Assembly (NCBI GenBank): GCA_964016885.1
Contig: OZ024742.1
Location: 51,708,001 to 51,772,000 of the forward strand
Direction: 5' to 3'
Source of the DNA: Eledone cirrhosa
Lineage: Eukaryota
Length of the DNA: 64,000 nt
Positions within the stretch are counted from its first letter, which is position 1. Each line of letters begins with the position of its first letter. Both the position numbers and the translations under genes were made by a program. Shown in pieces: positions 1 through 13,360 of this stretch. The notes below the pieces were generated by a model, which saw only the letters and a program-made list of their open reading frames with translations, searched no databases and was not told the origin of the DNA.

Positions 1-253
1 AGTGTAGAGAGATCTCCAGATATAAAGCAATGCCTGTGCCGTGAAGCTTTTATAGTGAGCAAAGGCACTGCACAAAGCCAGTCCCACTCTCTTAACCAAG
101 ATGATATTTACCAAAAAGAAGAACAAGTCAACATCATTGGATACCATCAGGGTTGCAGGTGTTATATCAGAGTTTTCCTTCTCCTAGAATTCTGCCTTGA
201 CAAAGGCTAAGGGTTCATCTTTCCTTTGATTAATTTACTTCACTTTGAGTATC

Positions 254-712
254 ATACGCACATACATATATGTATACAGACGTACAGTAGTATTTATATA
301 TATACATACATGCACACATAATGATATGTACGTATGGGTTTATCCAACATTTATTATAATTCTCAATGTGTTTGTAAACAAACAAACAGCCCGGATTAAG
401 CCGTACAGTGTTTAGCAACCATCGTTGCCCTTTTGTTCAACACTGACAAAGGAACGATGTACTAGTTTCAAGCTTATTAGCTATCGTCAGCATCGTATAC
501 CTTCCTGCCAGATGATTGAACGTCTGAAAGTATATAATTTCCTTATGCATATTAACGGCTGAGCAGCCTAATTTGCATATCGAGTGAGTTAGTCGGCCGG
601 GCGCATCGAATACGATAAATGGAAGGAATGAAACGAAATTTCATTTCTCACTCTTACTACGGCTGTTACTTAAATATAAGTAATATACGTACATACATAT
701 ATGTATACAGAC
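254..712 (-). repeat. ~431-nt HHR-containing repeat unit (PLE pseudo-LTR or retrozyme-like) with terminal redundancy
   Basis: ACATACATATATGTATACAGAC occurs at 260-281 and again at 691-712 (period 431). Homologous copies lie at ~57218-57550 (opposite strand) and ~62700-62820. Confidence 0.75.
454..496 (-). ncRNA. Type I hammerhead ribozyme, minimal with palindromic stem III
   Basis: Minus strand reads acgatg-CTGACGA-tagct aata agctt-GAAA-ctag-TA-catcgt: perfect 6-bp stem I, 4-bp stem II, intact core, GUA cleavage triplet. Confidence 0.85.
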
Positions 713-914
713 ATCAAACCACAACAGAAAATACACAAACCCTCCATTAATAAATAAATATTTATTTTCCTTATATTTGTAAGCATGTGTGACATCTTTA
801 AAAAACTCATTCATATATATATATATACACACACACACATATATATATATAAATATATATATATATAGATACACAAAGACACACATATATATATATATAT
901 ATGTACATATATAT

Positions 915-2720
915 ATACGTCCAATATTGTCATATATTCCAACTCACAACCCAAGATATACGGAAGCAAACAACTGTATCTACAACATCCCACTATTGAA
1001 ACAAGACTCAAGAATAAAAAAAAGCATTTGGAACACACAATATAATCAAAAGCAAAAGGCAACCTAATTCACTAAAAACATTATTCACCAATGCCAAATT
1101 ACCCACCACAAACCCCAAACCAACTGTCGCTCTAATTGCGGAACTTGCCTTCACCTCATTGAAGTTTCAATGTATACATTTCAATTAGGAAAGCATGTTG
1201 TTGCAAAAAGTCATTTCACATGTTCATGAAAATATTTACTTTATGCCATTAAATGTAAAGGATGTAATGAAGATTATATAGGGCAAACTAAAGTCACGCT
1301 CAGAAATAGAATGATAATTCACCGCCAACAATTACGAGACCCTACCACAATACAGATACCACTCAGTAGACATCTAGACATATGTGCAAACAACAAGACA
1401 CCCAAATGCCAGATCCTCCCACTTCATCTTTACACTGACAATACAACAAACGAAATACGAATAAATAATCAAAATATGTTTATTCAAAAATATAGACCAT
1501 TAAATATAGTTTAATATACATTAATATGTTATCAACATAACATGCTAACCATCCACACTCACATATAACACCTTTCTCTATATTCAAATATAAAATACCA
1601 GAGCTAAATATACTTTAACATACGTTAATATTTGAACACTTTAACATGCTAACCATAACCCCACACACACATAACACCCTTCTCCACTTCTACTACTGAA
1701 ATCATTTTTATTTCTATTATAAAGACGATAAACTGCTTTGTCACACATGCACGCACGCACGCAGACACACACACACACACACACACACACATACTCGCAC
1801 ACACACACACACACGCACACACACACACACAGCTACACAAATAAAAAAAATATATTTCTCTTTTCTACCCTGCCACCATCATCTCTGTCACCACCACTAT
1901 TGACACAAACATTCAATTTATTTCAATAGAAAATCTGAATTTTGACACCTCAGCAAAAGAAAACCCACACTCACTGAACCAGAACTGTATCTCCCCTCCT
2001 ATTTCTTGACCATTATCTTTTGTTTGGCGTGGATTGGCAGTATCAGTAGAGGGTCGGACGCCATGCTTTCCAGCATAGTTACGTCCCTTTACGATCTGAG
2101 TTCAAATCCCGCCGAGGTTGACTTTGCCTTTCATCCTTACGGGGTCGATAAAACGAAGTACCAGTAATGCACTGGGTATTTGCTGGCCTTGTGCCTAAAG
2201 TAGAAACAATTATCTTTTGTTTGGCACAAAACTTTCTATGACAAATCATCCTTTTCTGACACCTATATTATGTCTAATCATTTGACTGCGACCAACAATT
2301 AAAATGGCAAATACAATAAGAAGCATATGACACTTTTAAAAATCAACAATTTCAGCCACACCTTTTAAGGCAAATACAATAAGAATTTTCAAACACGAAC
2401 TGGCGCCATATTTGATGTACTTATTCACGTGACAGTCATCAACCAACCAAATTACTTTTGAAAAAATAAATCAATTCGAGCCACTCTTTCCGCGTAAAAC
2501 AGAAAGAGCTTTCGAACACGAACCAGATGCGAGAGAAACCACAACAGAAACACAAACCCTTCATCTCAATTATAAGAACTGTGAAACCAGTAAAGTAAAT
2601 AAATAAATATTCTTCAAAGACTCCAGCTGCATTTTCAATTTCTTTTCCTTATACTTTCACATTCGTGGGACATCTGCGGTTTAAAAAAAAAAAACTTATT
2701 TTCTTTTATATATATATAAA
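915..2720 (+). mobile_element. Penelope-like retroelement 3' fragment (Cys linker + GIY-YIG endonuclease, degenerate) with 3' UTR ending at (TA)n
   Basis: Translation gives CRSNCGTCLHL, LYAIKCKGCNEDYIGQTKVTLRNRMIIHRQQ and ENQNMFIQKYRP-like motifs (~1125-1514). The segment at ~2538-2710 resembles 718-815, as expected for a pseudo-LTR pair. Confidence 0.8.
2026..2212 (+). mobile_element. tRNA-derived SINE (octopus-type), full length with TSD
   Basis: B-box-like GAGTTCAAATCCC, core CTTTGCCTTTCATCCTTACGGGGTCGATAAAA, and ATTATCTTTTGTTT(GGC) duplicated on both sides. Confidence 0.9.
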
Positions 2721-4371
2721 TGTGTGGTTCTTTGCTTTAATCATTATGGAAAATGAGAAACAAATACAGATAAGAAATAAATTTGGTTATTTGGAAGAAT
2801 GACAATGCATGCTTGGTAAAAATGCCAAAATAATAAGAAAGTAGAAAGTAATACAATACGAATGTAATAAAAACAAAATTATGAATTAGATAATGTTCTG
2901 CTTGGTATTGGCATCAAAGAAACAAAATAGTCATTGTTATAACTCATTTCATTGATTGTAGAAAAGTTTCTTTATATTGCACTTCTGGTTACTCAACAAT
3001 ACAAACTACGCGATTGAGGCCGGTCAACAAACTGGGGGAAGTTTGGTTATATTAGCACAGGCACAGAAAATTTACTACCGCCAACGTAGATTAACTGTAC
3101 AGTCATATTCAAGCAGCATGATAAGCTAGTTTACTACTGCATACCTTACAATGGCGTATTTCACATGTGTCTGCGAAAGTGATGTCGATAAACATTCAGA
3201 TAGCTTAAATTGCATTGGAAACAGTCTATTCAAATGAAGTTCATGAACTCGCTTATCAAAACATTCCAGCAATTGGCCCACATACGTCTAGTCTTCGCGC
3301 CATGAATTTTGCACCGTTCCCCTTTACACGTTTTACACATCTTCCGTGCTCACAAATCCCATATTGTGTCCATTACGCTGCGACATCGTTATTTTTTCGT
3401 AGCACAGCAAACCTTCAGAACATATATTCCCCAGATAACTAAGGTGGAGAATTAAGAAAAGATATATACAATGAAGATGATTCTTTAGCTATCATTTTAA
3501 ACAGATGAACGCAGATTATACCACGGCAGTATCAGTGAAATAGATGTAGGACTCTTTACGAATGACAGGAAAACTCGTGTTTTCATTATATATTTTGAGA
3601 TGAGCCGTAGGTGTAATTCTTTGGAGCAATTATGAACTATTCTAAAATTCAAGTTTTCTAGGTGACATTAAAATGTCAGTAATAGGAGATATCTTGTATT
3701 AGATATTTATGATTTCAATTTCATGTAGGGCATATATACATGAGAGTGAGACTGTTCGAACAGAAATGGAAATTTCTACGAAGAATTTTATTTGTGTTGT
3801 ACGTTTAGCCATATGTAGTGTGATCAAATGTTCTTACAAATTTATTGTCTTTTGCTGTGGGATTTCTGCTTAACTAGTTATCTTTTGCTGTAGTATATAA
3901 TTGAAGACGATAGTGAAAAAACTAATAGAGATACTTGATAATGAGCAGATGCACAGGTAGTAATTTTTTCAAATGAAAGAACTTGACTCATAACTAAAGG
4001 ACCCGTTAATAATATATGTTTATCAAACTTTTGTTCAGTTATTTTTTATTATTAATTTGCATTCTACTTTGGTTCTGTTATTTTATATAGAGGCTGGTAT
4101 TTTCATTGACATCATAATTGTTGTCCTTAACTTTATTTCATAATGCAAGATGTAAAATTCTGATAAGTGTAGTATTTTTAGAACGAAATATCATCAATAT
4201 GGTTCTATCGCGAATTAGCCGATTGGTGTCACTTTCGCTTCAACTTACTGATAGTGTATATATATTCATACTCACACACACGGGAACTTGAACATTTTGC
4301 TATTACCCACTCTACTACCCTAAGTGTTGAGTACTCTGGTTCGTGATGGTCCACTTTACTACACTTCATTC

Positions 4372-4409
<38 letters not shown>

Positions 4410-4417
<8 letters not shown>

Positions 4418-4645
4418 TCAGATTAAAGTTTAAGCAAAGAATCGGTGATTTCACCCTTAACGGGATCTTCTGAAACTAAAAAAATCAATCTGTGAACGCA
4501 GAAGTAAATATTTAGAAAAACGTTCCAACCGAAGGAAGACAGGAAGACGATACTTTGGTTCGTGGAAACGTTCCCTGGCTAAGAACGGAACAAACGAAGA
4601 TGATACGTCATTATTTGGAGCGGTGAAAACGCAAAGACATATGTA
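4410..4645 (-). repeat. Family-A (TA)n-anchored repeat 3' end with variant HHR (4427-4477)
   Basis: Nearly identical to 12580-12790 and the reverse complement of 13815-14035. It abuts (TA)n at 4376-4410. Confidence 0.8.
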
Positions 4646-6879
4646 TGTAACCCAGTACAACATGAAAAGGGAGGAGGAACTCAGCAGAGTCAACGGCTAT
4701 CTAAATATCACTTTTCTTTTTACCTGGGAGTGAAAGGCACTCAGTTGTTGTCACAACATCTTTCTAGGAGAAGGAAATTCTGACAAAAATCTGCGTCTTC
4801 GGATGTATCCGATGATGTTGACCAGTTCTCCTTTTTGGGTAGTGTTTTCGATGCTCAGAGAGTGGGGTTGGTTGAGTGCAAGACGCTTCTCCACTTACAA
4901 AGCCTTCAAAGCACAGGCATTGCTTGTTCAGGACATGTTACAAGTTTGTGTGGCCAGCCGTAGCCTAAAGGTGCACCATTTTCTGTAATCTGACAAGCGA
5001 TTGCAATATTCTTAGCAGAGTTTGCAGGCCATTATATATATATATAATTTCAGAGTTCCACACTTCCTTGCGGCAAGTAAGTACCATGGTCTGTGTGTAT
5101 TGTAGCCGATATCTAGGCTATCATTTATAGCAATCGACTATGATTACATTTATAAGAATTTCAATATATATATTGAGATATGTTGACACGTAGGTATCAT
5201 GACATATATATATATTCAGTCATGTTTAGAAAATAATAACAACACCAATATCAGCATGCAAACAAACACCATTTTATTTTTTCTCAAATATTTGTAAAAA
5301 TAAAAAAAGAAGAAAATTCAACTAACGATGAATTTTCTCTACCGTGATTTTCTTCCCTTATGTTTTGATAGATCATTTAAAATCTAGTGCTCAAAGAATG
5401 CTGTGAGCAGAAAGCTTGTTTCAGGACATAAAACCATTTAATGTTTGAAGGTGAAATTTCAGATTTTTTTCCACACTGTCCACGAGTTATCTCTCTCCAA
5501 GACGACAAATCTGTAGAAATGATTTAAGGTGAAGTTTGTTGCAGCTAATTAATTCGGATGAAAGAAACTGTTATTGTTATATATAAGATGTAACGAAAAT
5601 GTATTTTATGTAGGTTAATATTTATCGCCTATTGGTAAGAGAATTTTTTCTCGTGCACAAGATGTTCTTCTTTTAATGCTAGCGTGGTCGTATTTGTTTG
5701 ATACTGCACATTCAAGTATGTGTTCGCACTATATGTATTTGAGTATCTTGTTACACTAAGATATGCATAAGGTTAATTTTATATTCGTATGAAGTCAATG
5801 TCTGATTAAAGCTGAAACATTTTACCGAGCATTAATATTAATCGTACAAATATATAAATATCGGCGATTGGAATGTCTTGCCTGGAGAAATAGATGCAGT
5901 GATATAAAAATGTATAAAATATACATTTTCTAATAATATTTCCCCCGCCTGAAATATTGAAAATCCCTGAGTGTATGAATTAAATCATTTCCTGGTTATA
6001 TATATTAAGATTGAATATTGCTGCAGACCATTCCTGAACATGTGACCATGGGGAATATACGATATAGACGAAGATAATAGAATATGCTCTTTATTCAATA
6101 TACATAATTTACTTCCAATATGTTGAAACTCATATTTTACAAATTATAATCATTATGCCAGAAAAGTTAAAATAACGATGCATTACATGAAATATGACTT
6201 GCAGGGATTAATAACAAATTAAGCATTTGCCATTTATGTTGAAACCACATTCAAATATTGATATTGAATATTTCAAAGTCGAGATAAGAAGAAAGCCATT
6301 GTAAATGAAAGGTGTCAATTGCCTTGAAGATTTATGAATATAATATAGAACATAAAAGTTTGAATAGAGAAAAATTTGAAATATATGAGTACATCTTTCT
6401 ATTAAAGGCCATTCAAACGAAATATCATATCAGGTAAATGGATTTAATTTTTCTTACATACACCACTCAAAGTGAAATGGTAATACTTCGACATCCATAT
6501 GTAATAACAAAAATGAGTGTATTTACGAGGCATAAGAAGTAGAATAAAAAAAATACAAAAATCTATATATAATATAAGAGTGATGTTTCTTGGTTGGTTT
6601 GTTTAATCACGCGGAAATGACACACACACACACATACACGCAAGCACACACACACACACACGTACATAGGCACACACATACACATCTAAAGAGAGAGAGA
6701 CAGAGACAGAGGGGCAGGCACACAGAGAATGAGATAGGCCGTTATAGAGAGAGAGGTACAATTAAAATGTTAGATATTCATATATATATATATATATATA
6801 GCGTGAGACAGAGAGTGGCAACGAACGCTGGTTTACACACACACACACACAAATATATATATATATGTATATATACACA

Positions 6880-7374
6880 CATTCTTGCTCTTGTGTTGGC
6901 ATGTAAAGAGAACTGCAGACACTAGGGTTTCTGGGTGATTACCTTTCTTGAGTACAGTATACTGCTTACCTGCCAACTTTCAGAACTAGTTAAAATATAT
7001 GATATTTTCTAAAATATAATGGCTGATCGGCATGATTTGCATATTAGCAGGCTCTCTGATCGGTCAGATCTGCATATTAACAGACCTACTGATCAGCCAG
7101 ATTTTGATATCAGCAGATAGGCCCGTCGGTTTCATGTATACGAGCGATTAATGACCGGGTTTGCCATATTTGAATATGAAACATGTAGTTTATCGGCTGA
7201 ATACAATAAATGTAATCTGAGGTTTTCGAATATTAATAATAATATTGATTCGTTTGCAATTATGCAAACAGCCTCTTTAAGGCCATGTCAATAGAATGAC
7301 CGCGTCATTTTTGGCCTTGTGTTGTCATGTAAACAGATGAGGGTAATCACCCAGAAACATTAGTGGCTTCAGTT
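6880..7374. repeat. Repeat with 34-bp imperfect inverted repeats and internal ~28-bp subrepeats
   Basis: 6911-6944 is an imperfect inverted copy of 7341-7374. The segment 7195-7335 is homologous to 62868-63012. GCATATTA-type subunits are repeated internally. Confidence 0.6.
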
Positions 7375-7469
7375 CCGATGGATACAATTTCGCCTTAAAA
7401 CAAGTAAACCCTCGTATAGGCGAGGATACTAATAAACCGGTCAGTTGCAAACATGTTTATTCATTTCAC

Positions 7470-9490
7470 TTGATGGTAAAGGATTGCTTTAAACATGCCC
7501 TAAGAATAGAAAGACTTACAAGTCAATTAATGGTTGATGTTTACGCCAAGATTGAAGCTGAACGGTTGGCATTCATTAAAAACAAACAAGCTAAACTTAG
7601 AGAAGAGCAATACATCCATTTGAGAGATGCCATTATGGAATGAATCCTTCCAGTGTTGGTCAGCCAGTCATTCTGTCATTCTGCTATATGGCTGAGCGCA
7701 CACAAGATGCCATGGCATATGTCAGAAAATTTGGTTGTCCAGAACTTTTCATTATATTTACATGCAATGGTAGTGGCCAGGAATTAAAAATGTACTGTTT
7801 GAACACTAATATGCAAAAGATAGACATGACATCATTGCCAGAGTTTTTTTATGAGAAACAGATGATCTTGATGTGGTTGCTAAAAGATGGACAAATCTTT
7901 GGCGAACTAAGATGTTGGCTTTACACTATTGAATGGCAGAAAATATGTCTTCCGCGTTCACATACGCTAATTTGGTGTTCTGACCACATTCACTCAGATC
8001 AAATTGATAAAATCATAAGCGCCGGATTGCCCGATCCTGACGAAAACCCAGAGCTATTTGCCATTATCTCAACATAAATGATACATGGTCCGTATGACAG
8101 TATCAACCCTAAGTGTGTGTGTGCATGGGAAATAACAAACGTGAAAAACGATATCCAAGGCCTTATCAACAAGAAACTGTAACTGGTGATGGCGGGTGTC
8201 CTCAATACAGACTGTGAAGTCCTCACTGTGGCAGAAAAACTGCGATTATCTAGATGCGAGTTCAAGACGTTCAGGTTTGTAACAATTGGGTCGTTCCCTA
8301 CAATGCTCTATTCTGCAAAATCCTGAGTACAACGCATCAGTAAAATAAATTAATTATGTTTGTAAATATGTCAACAAAGGTAGTGATATGGCACAATTTA
8401 CTATTGGTGGCGATAACCAATTGAAAGAAGTTAAAACATACCTAACAGGGAGATATATTTCTAGCAATGAAAGCATATGAAGAATCTCTGGTTTTGACAT
8501 ACACAATAGAGACCCAGCTGTATTGAACCTGGTAGACAATTTGGAAAATGGTCAAAAGGTATATTACACTGAAGAAAATGCACAATTGATTGCTGCATCT
8601 ACTCCAGACACAGTGTTCATTGCTTTTTTAAAGTTGTGTGGGAAGATGCCTTTGCTAAAACCTTGCTTTATCATGAGGTTCCCACATTCTACACATGGAA
8701 TAAAAACAAATGGAGCAGACGAAATATAGGCAATCATGTGGATGGCTATCAAGACATCAAAGAAAGTGGTGAAATAGGAAGAGTTTACACGGTCCATTCA
8801 AGACATAGGGAATGTTTCCATTTGAGATTACTCATTTACACTATTAGGGGGCCAACATCATTTGACAATATCAAAATTATACATAGAACTCCTTGTGCAA
8901 CGTATGCTGAAGCATGTAAATTACTTGGCTTACTTGAAGGAGGGGCATATTAGAAAAAGACATTGGAAGAGGCAGCTGCCACACAAATGCCTAAAAAGCT
9001 TCAACAGCTCTTGAATGTAAAGCTCACTACGTGGAATGTTTAAGATCCCTTGAGTCTCTAGGAAAGCTGCAAGGAAGACTTGTCGGAAGACATAATGCAC
9101 AGGGTCTAAATTCAAAACACAGCATTAATGTAGATGTTTTTCCACCTAACTCCAATGAAGCACTTTCAGAAATTAACAACCAACTGAGTGAAATTGGCTG
9201 ATCCCTTAAGGATTCCGGTTTACCAGAGCCTGAGTAGACAACTGCATACTCTATTGCACAGGATATATGAAACAATATTGACCAGTATCGACTAGAATGA
9301 AGGAGGCCTTTACTTTTTGGATGATCCTGGAGGAAATGGTAAAACCTTTATAATGGATCTCATATTAACAAAAGTAAGGCAGCGAAAGCAAGTTGCTTTT
9401 GCTGTTACATTAGGTGGTATTGATGCTATCTTAGTTAATGGAGGCCAAACAGCACACTCAACGTTCAAGTTGCCATATACTATGCACGAA
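7470..9490 (+). pseudogene. Helitron Rep/helicase pseudogene (HUH Rep domain + start of PIF1-like helicase)
   Basis: Motifs across frameshifts: VDVYAKIEAERL, QDAMAYVRKFGCPELFIIFTCN, YTIEWQKICLPRSH, NNWVVPYN, KYVNKGSD, GRYISSNE, IRGPTSF..YAEACKLLGLLE, FLDDPGGNGKTF (Walker A-like), GGQTAHSTFKLP. Confidence 0.92.
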
Positions 9491-9639
9491 CGGTAAAACA
9501 AAGAATTTGGTGCATCTGGACGTGTTTGTGACGTCTTTTGTCACACACACACCACGGTCTCGCCTCATGCTGTAAATCAGACAACGCATTCAATACAGTC
9601 GTGTTGTCTTCTACCTGTCTTCTCTTCTCAACTATTCAT

Positions 9640-9666
9640 CCAGGCGAAGCCACTTACCTCATCTAG
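9640..9666 (+). mobile_element. Possible degenerate Helitron 3' terminus (hairpin remnant + CTAG)
   Basis: CCAGGCGAAGCC..CTAG|T lies just downstream of the Rep/Hel remnant and resembles the terminus at 11998-12025. Confidence 0.45.
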
Positions 9667-10578
9667 TAACATGATAATTGGTAATACAGAAAAATCAATA
9701 TAGAAGCGTACATCCCAGATATTTCTTCAATTAATTAGCTTCCAGTGGTTTTTGAATTGTCATCATTGAAAGGTTTAATATCCTTTAACATATTAAAAAC
9801 ATGACGCAATCAAACAATCACTTACATTCGAGATAATACGAAATAAGCATGGGAATTAATAAAAATGATACACATCGATAAAGGTATTTACGATAAAGGT
9901 ACTAACGACTTCCAAATAGAATCTTACCAAGAGTAGATATTTGATTATAAAAACAAATGAAATAATAAACAGTCTTAAATAATCATGCTTTTTAAAAAAA
10001 AAATTACTAAATAATACATTGACCAAGTTGTATTGTACACATACAAAGTTGTAAAAAATGTTACGTCGTACCAATGTTTTCCTTTTTTAAACAAAAGATT
10101 CTAAAAAATTACTTAATTTATAATACAGTCTTTTGCACAGGAAGTGAGTAACTTGTCGGGTGTTTAAGTTCACCAGGGTTTGTGTCTTCATTATTAGCCC
10201 ACCTCTAATGGCATTTTTTGTTCTGCTTACGACTAAATGTTATGAGCGTATTTGCAATTAATTGCGCACACGTGCACACCTGCATGCAGATAGACACTGA
10301 CAGCCAATAAAAAATCGATAACTTGCTTATTAAGATATCGGTCAAAAAGAGAGATTGAATGTACTTTAGAACATTTTTTGAATATATTGTTCTGTTTGGC
10401 ATGATATGTCAGAAATATAGCTACTATACACTTTGGTTATTTTGTGTAACTAAAAAACGGTTCCTTTTGGGTGGATTCTTAACGAGAAAAATCCTAGGGT
10501 TTTGGACAAGTTTGTTTCAGGCGCTGTATAGACGCCTATTTTGTCACACCTTGGTCATGAATTCGTATTTTTTTCCAA

Positions 10579-10837
10579 TAGATATTTTCCGCTCTATAAG
10601 GCTCACCAGGATATAAGGCGTATCATTTAAAATCAGGTCCGCGCAACGGCGTGTAAGGCCAAGCAGGAAAATGCTATCTTCTTTACTTTTAGTCTAGATC
10701 TATTACTTCTGTTAGAGCCGTGATTGATTACCATTGTATTATTTATACATAAGGCTCACCGGAGTATAAAGCGCAGAGCTGTTTTTTGATTAAATTTAAT
10801 TATTTTAGGTGCAATTTATAGACCGGAAAATTCGGTA
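10579..10837. mobile_element. Tc2/pogo-like non-autonomous DNA transposon (MITE) remnant
   Basis: The ends ATATTTTCCGCTCTATAA and TTATAGACCGGAAAATTCGGTA are imperfect TIRs. Internal TATAAGGC(T/G)CACC repeats are typical of this group. Confidence 0.55.
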
Positions 10838-11997
10838 AGTTATTGTAATCATATTTCCAAACCTTCCCATTCACCAGTAACCATGCTAACGAATCTGGTG
10901 TCATCTCTCTCTCTGTATTTAATCACCTCTCTCTAACCTAACAGCTTCGTTACACGTCGTTATGCCCACACGGAAACGTTCAAGACTTACCTCCAAAAAA
11001 GGTACAGCTACTGCTTTGAGACAACGAATTAGGCGTTCTCGGGTATGAGTTCATTCACAATTGATTAATCCTTTATGCAATATTCTCCCTTAATGTTAGC
11101 AAGTACTGCGTTTATCCTAACTGTCACCACTTTTAAGAAACTACAATATTCTAATCGTAGTTATATTAAATTTATTGTCATACCTTGATTCCCTTTTGTT
11201 CATGTTAGACTTTTCTCATTTACTATTGACACTGCCATTGGCTTAGCTAACCAGTAGAATTAATTAATTTTCTCTAGGAGACACCTGCTGAGCGCGAATC
11301 TCGACTCGCTGATAGACGTCTTTCCCGGCTGGTTGAGTCACCAACATCACGTACAACAAGGTTTGCTGATGTTCGCATTCGTCGCCAACAAGCGCTGACG
11401 GAGGAATCACCAGCATCCCGTCAGACGAGGCTTGAAGCTGTGGCAAAGGGCAATAACCCTAGATACGATTTTGATAAACTTTTTTTCACCTATAGTAAAT
11501 TTACCGGGACAGGTTTTTAGCTACTCAAATCTACTTCAGAGATCACGCATTGATGTAAAAAATCAATAAAACTGAAGCGGGGCTCGACATTGCGCAAAAA
11601 CAAATGGCAAAGTTCCACATGGGAAACCTTTTTACAGGAACGTCCTATATTCTTGAAAACTGTCACAAAAGACTTGCCATTATGCCGCAGTTAAGATAAA
11701 GGCCCTTTTAATTCTTCTTCTGCACATGTGAGCGCAAAAATTGTAAAAAAAAAAGAACCCTGAAAGTAATCGACATTTTCACCCTGCTTTAAATTAACTG
11801 AACATTCAATATCAAGCGATTTTGACTTCCGTCAGTCGTGCAGAGAACAATTTCAACGATACACTGAGTAACTACAATTAATGAATTACACACCTGTGTC
11901 TACTAACCTATTTTTTTCATTGAAGTTCGAAGTTTTGAACCTGTGATGCGCGGGAAGTAACTTTCAGACATTCTAACAGACCAAAGGTCGACTTACA

Positions 11998-12024
11998 CCC
12001 GGGCGACGCCGGATACTTCTGCTA

Positions 12025-12025
<1 letters not shown>
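11998..12025 (+). mobile_element. Helitron 3' terminus (GC hairpin + CTAG), followed by (TA)n
   Basis: CCCGGGCGACGCCGGATACTTCTGCTAG|T is the classic hairpin-plus-CTRR end. The 5' extent of the element is not defined. Confidence 0.7.
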
Positions 12026-12067
<42 letters not shown>

Positions 12068-12257
12068 TGTCCATAGATTCATTTGATAAAATATATACAC
12101 CATATTTTATCAAATGATTCTATGGTCGTACTTTATTGTATATTGCTCTGATTGTTGATTATTTAATTAATTAATTCGTCATTGAGCCACATCGTGAATG
12201 GTTGCGAAAAGCATATATATATATCTATGACTTTGTCTAGTTTGTGTATATGTAAAT

Positions 12258-12317
<60 letters not shown>

Positions 12318-12320
12318 AGA

Positions 12321-12436
12321 AAAAAGTATGACCCCGACGGCAGAGCTCAAGCTGTTCGACGGCTGTTTCTGGACAGAAATAGTCCAGAATTAGCCGTCGA
12401 AACGGCTTGAGCTCTGTCGTCGGGGTCATACTTTTT
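12321..12436. repeat. Near-perfect ~116-bp fold-back palindrome
   Basis: AAAAAGTATGACCCCGACGGCAGAGCTCAAGC... pairs with ...GCTTGAGCTCTGTCGTCGGGGTCATACTTTTT around a short loop. Confidence 0.9.
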
Positions 12437-12515
12437 CCTATTTCCCACTCTACTACCCTAAGTATTGAGTACTCTGGTGGGTTATGGTCCATTTGGTTCC
12501 TTACGACAATTCCTT

Positions 12516-12574
<59 letters not shown>

Positions 12575-12581
<7 letters not shown>

Positions 12582-13325
12582 TAAAATAACAGATTAGATT
12601 TTAAGCAAAGAATCGCTGCTTTCACCCTTAACGGGATCTTCTCAAACTAACAATCTGTGAACGCAGAAGTGAATATTTCAAAAAAACGTTGCAACTGTAG
12701 GAAGACAGGAAGACGATAATTTGGTTCGTGGAAACTTTCCATGGCAAAGAACGGGAAAAAACGAATATAATACGTCATTATTTGGAGCGTGAAATAAAGT
12801 ACCAGTAATGCAATGGGTATTTGCTGGCCTTGTGCCAAAAGTAGAAAAAGTTCTTTGGAGTGGTGAAAGACAATTAGACGCAAAGGCGAAACCACGTTTA
12901 AGGTATAAAAGAAGTCGTAGACTAATATTCTATTAGGTGGTTCATAGAGACGTTCTCTGGCAATGAAGGGAAAAAACGAAGATAATACGTCATATGTTGA
13001 GCGGCGAGAACAATTGCACGCAAAGACAAAACCACCTAAGTGGTATAACTGAAGTCGTAGAGTAAAATTCTAACTAGGAAACCGAATGATTCTCGGCTTC
13101 AGAATTAAGAATAAAGTAAATAAAATACAGAGTTAATTGAAAATAATAAATACATACACGCATCCAAATACGTACATACACAAGCATACGGGAAAACACT
13201 CGCCGTAGGTATACAATTACACGCACGAACACAAAGAAAACCCGCACGCATATACAGAGCCCACACAACGCCTGTACCCGCACGCATACGAATGAATACA
13301 CCAAATACACATAAAATATATATTA

Positions 13326-13360
<35 letters not shown>

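Noticed and set aside
165-215. CTAGGAGAAGGAAAA motif (minus strand here, plus strand at ~4764) resembling a LINE 5'-UTR repeat
   Set aside because: Too short and diverged to define boundaries or fold a ribozyme by eye.
2026-2115. tRNA gene suggested by the B-box GTTCAAATCCC
   Set aside because: It is the tRNA-derived head of a multicopy SINE with TSDs and does not form a full cloverleaf.
2290-2530. Short repeats with spacers (GGCAAATACAATAAGAA, AACACGAAC) that superficially resemble an array
   Set aside because: Irregular, diverged tandem subrepeats in a eukaryotic PLE 3' UTR. Not a CRISPR array.
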